The translations under genes were made by a program, and so were the position numbers. The notes beneath the pieces are model-generated. The model was not told the DNA's origin and searched no databases. It worked only from the letters and a program-made list of their open reading frames with translations. From Babesia bigemina (lineage: Eukaryota), in the NCBI RefSeq assembly GCF_000981445.1, contig NC_027216.1:1426001-1490000 (forward strand): DNA of 64,000 bases. Reading direction: 5' to 3'. Positions 11,151 to 22,895 of this stretch are shown here, in pieces (the first letter of the stretch is position 1; each line of letters begins with the position of its first letter).

Positions 11151-12734
11151 TTACTCCCACTCAATCGTGGCTGGGGGCTTGTCGGTAATGTCGTAGCACA
11201 CCCTGCTGACTTGCGGGATGTTGTCAGTGATTCTGCGTGAGATGGCAGCGAGGCATTCCATGTCGATGTGCCTGGCGAACTGCGCAGTGACGAAGTCGAC
11301 AGTCATGATGATGCGGACAACAACGACCATTCCGTAGACCCTGGCAGAGTTCCTCAGACCAGTGCAACGGGTGTTGGGGAGAAGGACACATGCGCACTGC
11401 GACACCTTGTCGACGAGTCCCCTGGCCTCAAGTTCCTCAAACATGTACCTGTCGGCTTGCCTGGCAATCTCGACGTGCTCCGGGACCAATTCGCCGAGAA
11501 CACGTGCACCAAGACCTGGTCCAGGGAAGGGGTGCCTCTTGAAGGTAGCCTCTGAGAGGCCGAGGAGCTTACCGAGATCCCTGACTTCTTGCTTAAAGAG
11601 CAAACGCACGGGCTCGATGAGTTCGAATTTCAGGTTTTCGGGAAGACCGCCAACGTTGTGGTGTGATTTAACGGGCAACTTGCTCCTCCTGTTAAGTTCG
11701 GATTCAAGGATATCGGGGTAGATGGTTCCCTGCAGCAGGAGGCAGTTGTTGTGGTTGAAGCCGAGTTCGTTCATGGCCCTCTCGAACTCCTCGATGTACA
11801 CTCTGCCAATAACCTTACGTTTCTGCTCGGGGTCAACTACGCCCTTGAGCTCCCTGAAGAACACGGACGACGAGTCACGGATGGTGAGCTGGATGCCAGG
11901 GATCTCAGCCTTCAGCCTGTCGTAGCACTTTTGAGTCTCCTGGTACCTCATCAAACCGGTGTTGATCATGATACCGTGGAACCTCTCGCGGATGGCCTCG
12001 TGGACAATGGCTGCGCACACAGTGCTGTCAACACCACCGGAGAGTCCAGCAACAACGAACTTGTCACCACCGCACTGTTTGATAACATCCTTCTTAGTTT
12101 GCTCGTGATAGCGCTCCATGTCCCAGGTCTTAGCGCACCTGCAGACATCGTAGCAGAACTTCTCCATGATGTGGCTGGCTTCGTTGCCCTCAACGTCCTG
12201 AGGGTGGAAGCAGAAACCCCTGACACCGGTGGCGGGGTTGAACAGACCAGCGATCTGTCCCTCTCCGTCCTTCATCGAGACGCTGAAACCAGATGGAACA
12301 GCCTCGATTTCGTCAAGGTGGCAGCCGTGCGCTACGAAGCCGTTGCTGCCCGCCAGGATGCTGTCTACACTGGCGTCTACAGTGACCTTCTCCCGCTTGT
12401 ACTCAGTCTCCTGGGGTCCCAGATGGCGTACGTTACCTCCGAGGGCAACGCACATCGCGTACATGGCATGCGCCAGGGCGATGACGGGGACCTTTTTGGC
12501 AACACACAGCTCAATAATTTGGGCATCGACCTTCAAGGATTCGGGGTCGCTGACACTTTCTGAGCCTCCGCTGAGTATGACACCTCCAGGCAAGCGTGCG
12601 GAAAGGGTTTCTATGGCCTTTTCAATGGGGAAGAGCTCGCAGGTGATTCCCAGCCCGCGGAGGAAGCGGACCATGGAACCAGACTGGTGGCATCCCAGGT
12701 CGAATATGAAAATGAAATCCTTTTGAAGTTCCAT
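11151..12734 (-). CDS. guaA: GMP synthase (GATase-like domain + ATP pyrophosphatase domain)
   Basis: Intronless. Motifs GLSGGVDS, QGTIYPD, KSHHNVGGLP, HPFPGPGLG and C-terminal YDITDKPPATIEWE. ATG at 12734 (MELQKD). Confidence 0.95.
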   Translation of the reverse strand: MELQKDFIFIFDLGCHQSGSMVRFLRGLGITCELFPIEKAIETLSARLPGGVILSGGSESVSDPESLKVDAQIIELCVAKKVPVIALAHAMYAMCVALGGNVRHLGPQETEYKREKVTVDASVDSILAGSNGFVAHGCHLDEIEAVPSGFSVSMKDGEGQIAGLFNPATGVRGFCFHPQDVEGNEASHIMEKFCYDVCRCAKTWDMERYHEQTKKDVIKQCGGDKFVVAGLSGGVDSTVCAAIVHEAIRERFHGIMINTGLMRYQETQKCYDRLKAEIPGIQLTIRDSSSVFFRELKGVVDPEQKRKVIGRVYIEEFERAMNELGFNHNNCLLLQGTIYPDILESELNRRSKLPVKSHHNVGGLPENLKFELIEPVRLLFKQEVRDLGKLLGLSEATFKRHPFPGPGLGARVLGELVPEHVEIARQADRYMFEELEARGLVDKVSQCACVLLPNTRCTGLRNSARVYGMVVVVRIIMTVDFVTAQFARHIDMECLAAISRRITDNIPQVSRVCYDITDKPPATIEWE

Positions 12735-13204
12735 TGTGTGTAATGCGCTGATTAAACGGAATGATGGTGTGTGCAGGTTGGCCAATCAAAATTTATAGTG
12801 ACCGCGTTGGGCGGAATCCGTCACCACAAAGTGCATGGATTTTGCACCACATTACGCGTGTTTGCTGTGCACGTACTTTCCGCGTGTCAGTGCTTTACCC
12901 AGGCGTGCTGCACAGTGTGATTGAGGGCGTGAAGTCGTCGGCTGTCTAACAAACTGTGTGTGCAACGACACTGCCGTCCAACTGTCCTCTTCCATGCACA
13001 CACAGCACACTCCCCCGTAAGTCACTTATAATTTGGACTCCGATAGGAATCACTCACCTAACAGTGTTTTTGCAACGCAGCGGCGTGGCTCGCGCAGCCT
13101 GGTGCGACAGCCGCGATTTCAGTCGCTGCCGTGTTGCAAAAGACACTCATAGAACTGCTATATTATTGTGTTATGTTGTAAATATGGCGATCGTGTAGAT
13201 TGCT

Positions 13205-14084
13205 CTACTTTTTCTTCATGTTGCCCATACCGGCCCCGTAGAGGTTCGGGAGGGACGTTAGGAAGTGCATGCCTGGCTCCATGTCGCCGAACCCGGTGGT
13301 ACCACCTGTGACAAGATGAGGCGCCGGTGTGACCGTGGCACATGGATGCTGGCAAAGTTCGGCGGTGCGTGAGGCGTCAGCAGCAACGGGTGGCGGCGTA
13401 GCCGGTACTACCGCATGTGCCGCTGCTACAGAAGACTCCCGCAATGGAATCTTGCCGCGTGTCACACATTTAACTTACCGCAGAAGATACGCCTGTCCTG
13501 CGGGTGATATCCAAGCAGTTCTTCCTCCTCCTGTATCTGGAATTTGGCCTCCTCGATATAAGGGGCTAGGTACGGAATGAAGGGGTCGTAGTTCTGCTCC
13601 TCCAATGGCGGGTACATTCTGAGCGTCGATATGTGCATCCCTCTTGCGATTCGCCTAAATCTAGCAGTGGCCAGGTCTTCCGGGAGCAGCTCGAGCGCGC
13701 GCTCGACAATGGGTTCCCTTTCGCTCATGAGATCATCGTAGAGCAGACCTGCGCATCAATTAAGGGCGGAATCGGAAACGTCCATGCCTCTTTAGGGCCG
13801 CAGCTATTGAATGTACGATACGAAATACTAAGCACAACTCCAGCAAAGGTTCGTAACTCACCGTGCTCCCTGAGATACCTGGTAAGGCAGGCATGTTGCC
13901 AGCGTTCCAAAGGTCCTGAGAACATGCGAAAGAACCATGGAGCTACAAAAGCGCGATACAATTTGGAGCATACGTTGGGCCCCCTTTCGATCCTTAGCTG
14001 GGTTGCGGTGGGCTGCAAGGACCCTTTTTTGGTCCGCCTCGCAGCGGCCGCGGCGATTTTCCCCAGAGTTCTGTTTACCAGCAT
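13205..14084 (-). CDS. QCR7: Ubiquinol-cytochrome c reductase 14 kDa subunit (QCR7), 3 exons
   Basis: Spliced product reads ...YLREHG/LLYDDLMSEREPIVERALELLP...ARFRRIARG...PYLAPYIEEAK, which is the UCR_14kD signature. It has a mitochondrial-type N-terminus. Confidence 0.85.
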
Positions 14085-14251
14085 TTCAACTGAGTTACAT
14101 TTTCCCGAAAATTGCCCCGCGTTGGCGTAAGTTGTGGTCTCCAGTTAAGAGTGCGGTAAGTTCCGCGGCGTCGCTTCGGCCCGGTTTATGTAGGGCAGAG
14201 CTAAGTGAATACACGGTCTCACGGCACACCTATGTGATCTATAGACTAATA

Positions 14252-14967
14252 TTTAGAGCAGTTTAAGGTGTCCCGTAATCTTGTTCACTACGCCTTCGGG
14301 CGCTGCACACGTATGATACCTCGCCGATGCGACACACCTGGTCCGATGGCAATGACGGTGTACGATCCCGACGGTATCTGCGTCCTCCCCTGCAAGATGA
14401 AAGTAGATTGACATTAGACGTACCGCGTCACATGTGATGTGATAGTTGACGTCGGCGGCTTTGGCGCTGCGCCTCAGCGTCATCATTTCTTCGCTGCTCT
14501 GCATCACGTTTGCAGTGATTCGTGGTTATAGGTTACCTGGAGCTTGAGAACGACCTTCTTTTGGCCATTTGCCAGCCATTGGTCAAGGTATGGGTTGTTC
14601 TGCTCTATGGATTCCAGGTAGGCGCCCAAGGATGCGTGTCCGCACTGGGCAGCTATTTTGCCCTTTCCCATGTCGAGGTCTGCGGATACAATTAGAGGCA
14701 TGAATATATTTGATTGCGGTCCTTACCCGTTCTAACGCAGAGCACTAGTTTCACTTCTGTGTCCTCATCCTCGTCCTCCTCGCTTTGGGCTTCTTTCTTG
14801 TCCGCACGTCGTCTTTTTAAGGCGTTTTTGACATCGATTATCGCACGACGGATGACGCGTCTCCATACTTCTGATGCGTCTGTGACGATAGGCGCTGAAA
14901 GCACGCCTATTATCCAGGCGATTATGCACAGGAGCACGGCGCCGGTAGCCTCCCTTTGCGTGTCCAT
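14252..14967 (-). CDS. PTH2: Peptidyl-tRNA hydrolase 2 with N-terminal TM anchor, multi-exon
   Basis: KLVLCVRT/DLDMGKGKIAAQCGHASLG...GQKKVVLK...ITCDA; C-terminus VNKITGHLKLL. N-terminal hydrophobic helix. Confidence 0.88.
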
Positions 14968-15344
14968 GGTTTAATTTACCGCCTAACAACCAGTTATTTC
15001 ACTTTATCATCATGTATACTTTTAACGAAAATTTGTGTTCCGCATTGCTAGTGATAGCCGTGTACCCAACCTCCACCAGCAGCGGTGTCGCTTGACATTG
15101 GTGAGTATATTCGAGCCGTATGTTAGCTCATTTATGAACCTTCACTAATCCTTTTATATAATTTTGGCGATTTGGTTTAATTGTGTTAACAATAGGCGCT
15201 GATACCCCGTTGATCTTTGCGTCAAACCAGTCTTCCACTGTTACTTCTTTTGTTTTGATCACTGCTGCAAGATTTTACGGTGTCTATGGATGGCTTATGG
15301 TGTGTATGACCTGTATGCGCTCTTTTATGTACCGGTAACTCGAG

Positions 15345-16124
15345 ATGTCGGAGAAGGATGAGTTGGACATTCTGCTCTCCGCTGCCGAGGGCGGGGACAA
15401 CATCTACGTGTCCACGCATGACCCGAAGTTCAACCGGAGCATCGCAAACCTGAACGTGAAGGAGTCCATCGACATGGCTCACTACCTTTACGTGGAAAGT
15501 GGCCTGTATTCTAGCAGGCGTGAGCTGAGCAACAATTTCAAATATCAGATTCCATCTCATCTTGTCGACAGCGCGGCTACCGAAGGCCTGAAATTCAAGG
15601 ACAACGTATGCTATGACTATCTCGTTGCCCTTGGATGCCGTGGTTGCAACCGTTCTGTCGACTTCAAGTCTCCGGGCATGTTTTTTGATGGCTCCGCAGG
15701 CAACACGATGCGCCGTGACTTGCAATGCCCGCGTTGCGGGCATACAATCGCTCCAATTTTCAGCTCGAGCTGCACGGATGATTATGTGGACAGCTTACGT
15801 CGATCTGCGGCGTTCGGTCGCGGCAACGAGGGCGAGAAGGCGTACATGTACGGCTTCCGTCAGGGTTGCGAGTTTGACAACTCTGGCAAGAAGTGGTGGA
15901 ACGACTTTTCTCGCCGGGAAGGCGCTGCCGCGGATGAGGGCAGCACCCTGTTCATGGCCAAGAATGCGAACAAGAGCAGCCGCGAGGTGGTGAAACAGTT
16001 ATGCGAGAAGTGTGGCTGTGAGGAAGCCTACTACTCCACTTTCCAGGCACGTTCTGCTGACGAGGGTATGACCGTGATGTACGAGTGCAAGCATTGCAAG
16101 AACAGGACGGTTGTCAACACGTGA
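15345..16124 (+). CDS. RPA12: RNA polymerase I subunit RPA12-like (TFIIS-type zinc ribbon)
   Basis: C-terminal CEKC...YYSTFQARSADEGMTVMYECKHC. A second CxxC pair (CRGC...CPRC) lies upstream. Confidence 0.75.
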   Translation: MSEKDELDILLSAAEGGDNIYVSTHDPKFNRSIANLNVKESIDMAHYLYVESGLYSSRRELSNNFKYQIPSHLVDSAATEGLKFKDNVCYDYLVALGCRGCNRSVDFKSPGMFFDGSAGNTMRRDLQCPRCGHTIAPIFSSSCTDDYVDSLRRSAAFGRGNEGEKAYMYGFRQGCEFDNSGKKWWNDFSRREGAAADEGSTLFMAKNANKSSREVVKQLCEKCGCEEAYYSTFQARSADEGMTVMYECKHCKNRTVVNT

Positions 16125-16571
16125 TGACCGCCGTGATTGCTGGCAACGATGTGAAGCGTGCTGCGGTTGTGGCGCTGCTACGTTGTTAGTAGAAACCTCT
16201 ATCGTAAACTATTCTCTAATGTAACAACTACTTTAGTCACATGCATTGCCATATTAAGATTAATGAGATGTAGCATACTGTTTTATACTTGCCCAGGTCA
16301 TCGATTTCAGGCGGAGGAACCACGACCTCCATGAGACTGCAATTAAAAATTAACTGAGAAATTGCTATGCAGACGTTGTAATTCGACCTATGTGATGATA
16401 CACTATTGCGATAAAGTTAAGATCTGCTTCAGTTTTATCAGTGAGATTTACACTCCCGTTGCCGCCTGCGTATGGCAACTGGAATGCTGATGAGGCCCCT
16501 ATTCAGTTTCCTGGAACCGATTTTGTATACTTCAGGCCACAAATAGGCATATAAACACCCATCATGACTTC

Positions 16572-16955
16572 TCACGTTGACGCAGCGTCGGCAGGGCCAG
16601 TACGTATGTTGAATTTGACATCCGATGAAAGTCTGTGCATATTTTGCTCGCGCTTCTTCCTCTTCTCTATGTTTCTGAGTTTGTTCTTGACCTTTCCGCC
16701 GCGGTGTCTCCTAAATTCTACCTGTTGGGCGCCAATATGGTGTGGCGTACGTAGCACTTGATTCGCCAGTGTAGGCGTCAGTGCGTTTATCACGTTTACA
16801 CCTACGCATGGATACACCGGCCAAGATTCCGCACATATAGGAACGCTTGTTACTATTTCAAAGGCGTTTGAAGTAGGAATCCACGGAAATTGCGACTTGT
16901 TCGACCGCAATGAGATACAGCGGGAGAGCTGTCTGATCGCGGGTGTATTCAACAT
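16572..16955 (-). CDS. Small basic protein, probably mitochondrion-targeted
   Basis: 127-aa ATG-initiated ORF. Arg/Ser-rich, acid-free N-terminus and a Lys/Arg-rich C-terminal helix (RRHRGGKVKNKLRNIEKRKKR). Confidence 0.55.
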   Translation of the reverse strand: MLNTPAIRQLSRCISLRSNKSQFPWIPTSNAFEIVTSVPICAESWPVYPCVGVNVINALTPTLANQVLRTPHHIGAQQVEFRRHRGGKVKNKLRNIEKRKKREQNMHRLSSDVKFNIRTGPADAAST

Positions 16956-17172
16956 GGCTTACCGGTCCCGGATATCATAATAGATTCCGATGACATGTTG
17001 ATTTTATATTCATTTACAATTTTCGAGACTTGTGTTCATATACTACCGGCAGCACCCACACATTTGCCGTTTCGCCGATCAGGCGTATTGGCATCGCTGC
17101 TTTATCCGGGTTACACTTCTAGCTGTCCCTGATTTTAATTTGTCACATACTGTCGCTGGTATATTAGTAGCG

Positions 17173-18464
17173 ATGCATTCTATAAACGGCATCCCGATCG
17201 ACGGGAATACGGAGATCGATGACCTAGCTCTTGTTATGCACATCGCCCAGGTATGTATGCATTTCAGAGCCCCTATGAGGACATCGATGCTTCATTTTGG
17301 TTGTTACTAAGTCACAATCGGCTAATACAAGCACCATTGTGACGTTTGTGTTGCTGCGATAGAATTGTAATCTGGTGTTGCCATCTCTTGCAGAACGAGA
17401 ATGAGCGCATCCGTGAGTTGGAGGCACTTGGACGGCCTGTTTTAGGCGCGTACCCGGCGTACGTGGTGATATATGAACGCTTTAAAAACATCTCCAGGCC
17501 ACGTGAAGAGAGTAGTGACTCTGATTCTGACGACTCGGCGGATGATCTGGATCTCGTGCGCCGCGAACTTCACGTTAGCAGCGCTGGGTTGGTTTTTGTT
17601 GATTCACCACCAATTCTCACAGCACTAACGCAACCGATAATGACAAAGAAAAGGACTACCAGCCTGCGGTTGACCCTGAGTTCCCGATTGACAACATTAG
17701 GGTACGTGCTTCATGTGGGATCGTTGCTTCAGCCATTTGCATAGCCACATGGCGCCAGTTTGAGCTGCGTTTCACTTTAAGTGCAACTTTATATGTAATT
17801 GCGAGCTGTCACTGCACTCGAGGAATCATTAGATGCCCAGTGTATCGATACATCTTCGCTGTTGTGGTTGCCTAATGACGGTTACTTATACCCGAGCGTG
17901 CTTATTCTAACAACGTTTCAGATTATCGACACGGTCGACTTGCCAACAAAAGTGGCGGATCAGTTCCCCATAGCTCCTATAGGGGTTTGCATCTCAGTTG
18001 TGGGTCGCGTGGTCGTTGCGCAGTGCACCGAGGTATGTGTTTTAGTTAGGCGACTCGCATCACCTTCAGCCCTGCCGCGTCCTCGACCTGGGCTCCATTG
18101 TTTGTTTGAACGACAGACGCATCATCGGTACTGTGAGCGACACGTTTGGCAACACGAGTGCGCCATTTCACATGGTGGTGTGCCGAGACCCTAGCATGGT
18201 GAAGGCGGTGGGTTACGCATGATTTTGTTTCCACGGCGCTCTCAGGGCGATGCCATATTTTACGACGTTAAACACAGCACGCTGGTTTCCGACGTCAATG
18301 TGATGGAGACCGCATCCAGGTGTGTATGGTTGTGATTTTATGTATGTGTTCTCAGCATATCAAGCGGCGAAGAGAGCGACGAGGATAACCCCTCGAAGAG
18401 CCACGAATCGCTGCGTCAACCTGTCAAGCTGAAGCAGTATTACAACGACCTGGAGTGCCACTAA
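17173..18464 (+). CDS. NAF1: H/ACA RNP assembly factor NAF1 (Gar1/Naf1 domain), multi-exon
   Basis: Acidic Ser/Asp-rich N-terminal exons. A spliced exon at about 18070-18240 reads VLDLGSIVCLNDRRIIGTVSDTFGNTSAPFHMVV (Gar1/Naf1 core). Confidence 0.7.
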
Positions 18465-18854
18465 TTGCTTTTCAAGGTGACCTCCGCAAAGTGTGTGTTC
18501 ACTGGTCATGTCTTGCCATGACCGAGCACGCACATACCTAGTGGCACAGTGCGCTCCATACGGGCACATTTCTAGGAGATATCGCACATGTTCTGTTTCT
18601 GACAGATGTCTTAGATTTGGGCACTAAGGATTCCATCCGTACGTTGGCGCCTTCCGTGGAAGGCTACCGTTGGGTCTCGTCGTCTATCGCTCTTAACATA
18701 GTTTCCAGCCATCCCAGTAGTGTATTAAATTTGTCGGCCTGGTCGGTGATGCGAGTTACACATTCGTACGACGGGTGGTCGTAACCGTCACCATCGTATG
18801 ATGTGTCTACAGCCTCGCGTCGATAAGCTCACTTCACCCTATCTGCTCATTTAG

Positions 18855-19943
18855 ATTCGTGGTACCATTCCGCAAGCAATAGTTCGACGGAATCCACGGC
18901 AATGATGCCCGGATTGCGGCAGGATGGCGGCCGCGAACAGCACAATCCCCGGCGGCAAGGGCGCTTCCGCGTGAGCCACAACCCGGACGATGTGTACGAT
19001 CCTATGTTCCCCAACGAATATGACCACGTGTCCAATGAGGAGGCTCAGCGTGCTTGCCAACCGGCATCTCGTGTGGAGCTGAAGTTTGCCAACGTGGAGG
19101 TTGAGAAGTTATCCGGTACGTCGGTTCTGTTTGTACTTTATGCATCATATGCATCATCGTGTTTCTTAGCGCCTGCATGTGTGTGACCCAAGTGTGAATT
19201 TCCTGTAATTCGGTTCTAATTGCGGGTGGTGTAAACGTGATGTGATACGGTACTGCTGTTATTTCCCTTTTCCGACTTTTCGTGTAGCATTCTGTGATCA
19301 CGTTTATGCAGCTGATGAAGCCCATGCGCGACGTCTGAAGCTGCTTGAAGAGGCCGATCGCGGTGGGAGCAGCGAAGCTCCGCCGAAGCCTGCCGCTCAA
19401 GGTCCCAAGGACATCGGCCTGCGAATAATGCAGAAACTTGGATGGACTGAGGGCAGGGGTCTGGGTGCGAAAGAGCAGGGTATAGTTGCTCCGCTGGTCG
19501 GCAAAAACGTGGGGAAGCACGTGGGCGTCATAGTTCAAGCGGCGGCTCCGACGATCAAGCGTGCCACTAGGGGTCCAACTAAGCCGAACGCTGCTCGTGC
19601 TTCGGAATCTGACCCCAATGACGGTGACGCCGCGAGTGCTAATGAAGGGGCGACTTCAACGCACGGTAAAGCGTCCACGAGTCGGATTCTAAAGCTGGAT
19701 GGTGCGGAATGCCCGAAGAGCGCAGAGGAGGTGCAGGGAGACTTCGAGGAATCGATGTGCCCGTTCGGGACTCTGATGAACGTATTGGTGCGAAGTTCTG
19801 GTGTCGGTTTGCCGTTTACAGTGTACTGTGAATTCGAGGACCACAGGCAGGCAGTGGAAGCTGGTAAAAATTTGCGCCAGAGCATTCGTGGATACAACGT
19901 TGTGCCGTCCTTCATCACCGACGACGAATACGCGGCTCTATAA
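18855..19943 (+). CDS. Splicing factor 45 (SPF45/RBM17)-like: SF45 motif, G-patch, C-terminal UHM/RRM (5' end uncertain)
   Basis: DDVYDPMFPNEYD (SF45 motif), IGLRIMQKLGWTEGRGLGAKEQGIVAPL (G-patch), and EESMCPFG...VYCEFE (UHM). Confidence 0.8.
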
Positions 19944-20558
19944 GGCGTTTTTGTCGTCTGTAGCACTCACAACTTCGGCGCCATCGCATCATCAGAGATG
20001 TCTCGTACATCTCCACCGACCTCAATGCAGACTAACTACTTTTCTCTTTGTATTTCGTATTATAGTGTGCTATTTCCCGTTGCAGTGCCTGACCCGAGTC
20101 GGCTGTAAACGGTCACACGCCCTGGCGTAGTCGAATGTGTACCAGTGAGAAGTGTATCGCCACTCATTCTCAGCAATGATAGTTGCACCCACGGTTTATA
20201 ACTATTGTCCATGGTTTTGGCGCCTATATCGCGGGCGTTTGTTAGATGTGTACACAGCGACGTCGCCTCGCGCGGCGGCAGAGCGCGATGTCGTTATGGA
20301 ACCGACGTTTGCTTAGGGTCAATCGGAAGCTGAATTCAGCGATTTCGAGGTCGTAAGATGACTGCAGAAGGCGATGTGTAAATGTGAGTGCCGGCCACTT
20401 GGCTGCATCGCGAATTTGCTATGCTGTAGAGAGGTGCAGCCTACCACGCAAGCCATCTCCTTCGTTGCAGAGCTCGTATTGCGATTTACTGAGTAAATGT
20501 GTCGACATTAATATTGTAATACTGTGAGCTGGAAGAATCTCCGCCGGCATTTTCCGGC

Positions 20559-21500
20559 ATGATGACGCATACCAAGATTCCAAGCGCCGTCGTGGCGGCT
20601 CTTGCCTTCGTGGCTTTGTTCTCTCAGGCAACTTCCGCGTCGCAGCAAGGTTAACTACATATTATCATCTTACATGTCGGTTCAGGTCGTAGCATCGCGA
20701 AATGCAGCGGCCAGCACGGTACGTATTGCGTCTTACGTGGGCACACACAGCGGATAGAGCGTAATTATTTGCGTGTTTCAGAAGCTTGATATCGCTTCCA
20801 CAGTGCAATGCCGTTGCGTCGAATGCAGTTTTTGCATCTATCATCTTCTTTGTACTTGTGTTTGCGGCTGTGACCTCCCCACGTGCAGAATGGTGAAAAT
20901 CGCGTTTCAGTCATTTACGTCGAGAACGAGGGCCCCTACGAAATCAAATGCAAAGCGGACGAAAACATAGAAGTCGTTGACGCATTCGGCATTTGCATGG
21001 AGGACTTTTTATCTAACAAACTTGATGCGAAAACGCTGAACCTTAGGTTGTCACTTTCTAACGCGTTCACCAGGTACTGCACCGCCTTATTTAGGGCAAA
21101 CCAACCGTGCATCTTGAACATAAACAAGAAGAAGCCTGGACCGGATCGATTCAACACCACTTTCGGTTTGGAATGCCAACATGGTAACGTTTTCGTAGGC
21201 CTCTACAGCTGCTGCGCCAAGGCTTCGACCTCCATAGCGCAAGGCGAAGAGGTGGTTCTGTACAAGGAAAAATCCACTCCCCTCACTCCGTTGTGCCCCT
21301 CAGGTACCAAGATTTCTGTGCTCAACGCGGGGCAGCGCGGCACTGTCATGTGCGACAAGGGACACATCACTTCCACGCTGACCAGGGCTTCCGATAAGTG
21401 CAACGGCAAAGAGTTGTGCTCCATTCCCTTCGACGAGTCGCAGCTGTCATCGTGCACGGGATCCTCCGCCTCTCACTTCGTCAAGTACATCTGCGAATGA
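20559..21500 (+). CDS. Secreted Cys-rich protein with two SUEL/Gal-lectin-like domains, multi-exon
   Basis: Signal peptide MMTHTKIPSAVVAALAFVALFSQATSA. The last exon has LCPSGTKISVLNAG...C...SDKCNGKELCSI...SSCTG...VKYICE and an upstream, more diverged copy. Confidence 0.6.
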
Positions 21501-21671
21501 TTACCCACTACAAAATACAGGTCCCCGAAAGTTGACGGATTTGTTTCTTCCGGTTAGCCCCATGTTTTCACACTTGCTGCTATGTAAACTCTGATATCAA
21601 AGATAGCCCTGACACTCTGAGCTTGAGTCACGTATTGAGCGGCACTGCCCTGTTGCCGGTGGGCGCTGCGT

Positions 21672-22895
21672 TCACGCACTACTCATGGCCACCTCTTTGA
21701 ATAGTTTATCTATGCGCCCTGTCAGGTGGTGCGCGTCCCCGATTTTTGCGATAATTTCAGCTGCCTGCAAAACGTTCTGCTGGTTCATAGACGCGGTGCC
21801 CCTACCCTGCGCAAAGCGGTTTCTGCAGCAACGCGGTCTCCCATTGCGGCGCTTGCGCACGCTGCAAACTGTTGTTCTGCTCGACGTCAGACCAACCTAT
21901 GTTGTAGTACAGCAATGCTATCATACGGTGATTGGGGTCTCCGCCTGTTGCGGTGAGCATGATTCGTGCAGCCTCCTCGTACAGCTCCGTGGCCTGTAAA
22001 GCTGTTGTGGTCAATACACGTGGTGGTTCATCCGACATTCGTGGGCACCTGGGCAATAAACAGTGCCACAAGAACCATAATGAATGCACAATGACAATCG
22101 ATGCAACCAGTAACGCCCGCTTGCTCAGTATATTTGCTCTTTATCACCTACCTCCGTCATGTTGCCCTGGATATGTTCGATTCCAGCCAGATTGTTTAGC
22201 GCAAACACGCTCGACAACTGGCTTTCCACGGAGCCGATCTGTTTGCTGAACACGCATTACTGGCAATCTGTGCGTGCACGAACTCTATTCTAAGTGAATC
22301 CTGCAAAGCCGACTTGGCGGCATCGATGTCTCCGATATCTCGCAGGACCACTCCGATGAGGCAGAGCACGTTGGCAACCTCTCTCGACTCCTGCCCGCAT
22401 AGTTTAGTCCAAATATCGAGCGCCTTGAGGTAGTTCGTCTTGGCCTCGTTGATGAACTGGACCGATTGGTGCTGTGCCATGGCGAGGTCTGCAACTGTTC
22501 AGCCTTCCGTACGAGAGCCATACCGGTGAAACTTTGAGCCATATCTTCGGAGTAATAGTTCAGCGTCATCAATTTGAGCTTCAGAGCCTCCTTGAGCGCA
22601 TGTACATGTGCCTCTATCTGGTCTTCCTTGACGGCGTATCTGAGCGTTGGTTACGGCTAGTTCAGAGGCATCCACACCCTAGCATCAGCAGCGTGTCTTT
22701 CGGCCCCTGAGGCCGGTAGGCGGGCTCTGCTTCATCGATACTCCCTTCCCGTTGCGAAGTGAATGCTCTCTGCTGACTTGATAAGGGCATCGCCGATATA
22801 CGTCGGACAACACGCGTTTGTGTAGGCCCATAGGCCCACAGCGGCCGTGCTGCGGCAGCCAGCAACCGCCAGCCGCGTATAGTCAGCTGAGTCAT
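21672..22895 (-). CDS. Tetratricopeptide-repeat protein (kinesin-light-chain-type TPRs) with mitochondrial-type leader, multi-exon
   Basis: EAKTNYLKALDIWTKLCGQESREVANVLCLIGVV and LYEEAARIML...GGDPNHRMIALLYYNIG. Arg-rich N-terminal presequence. Confidence 0.65.
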
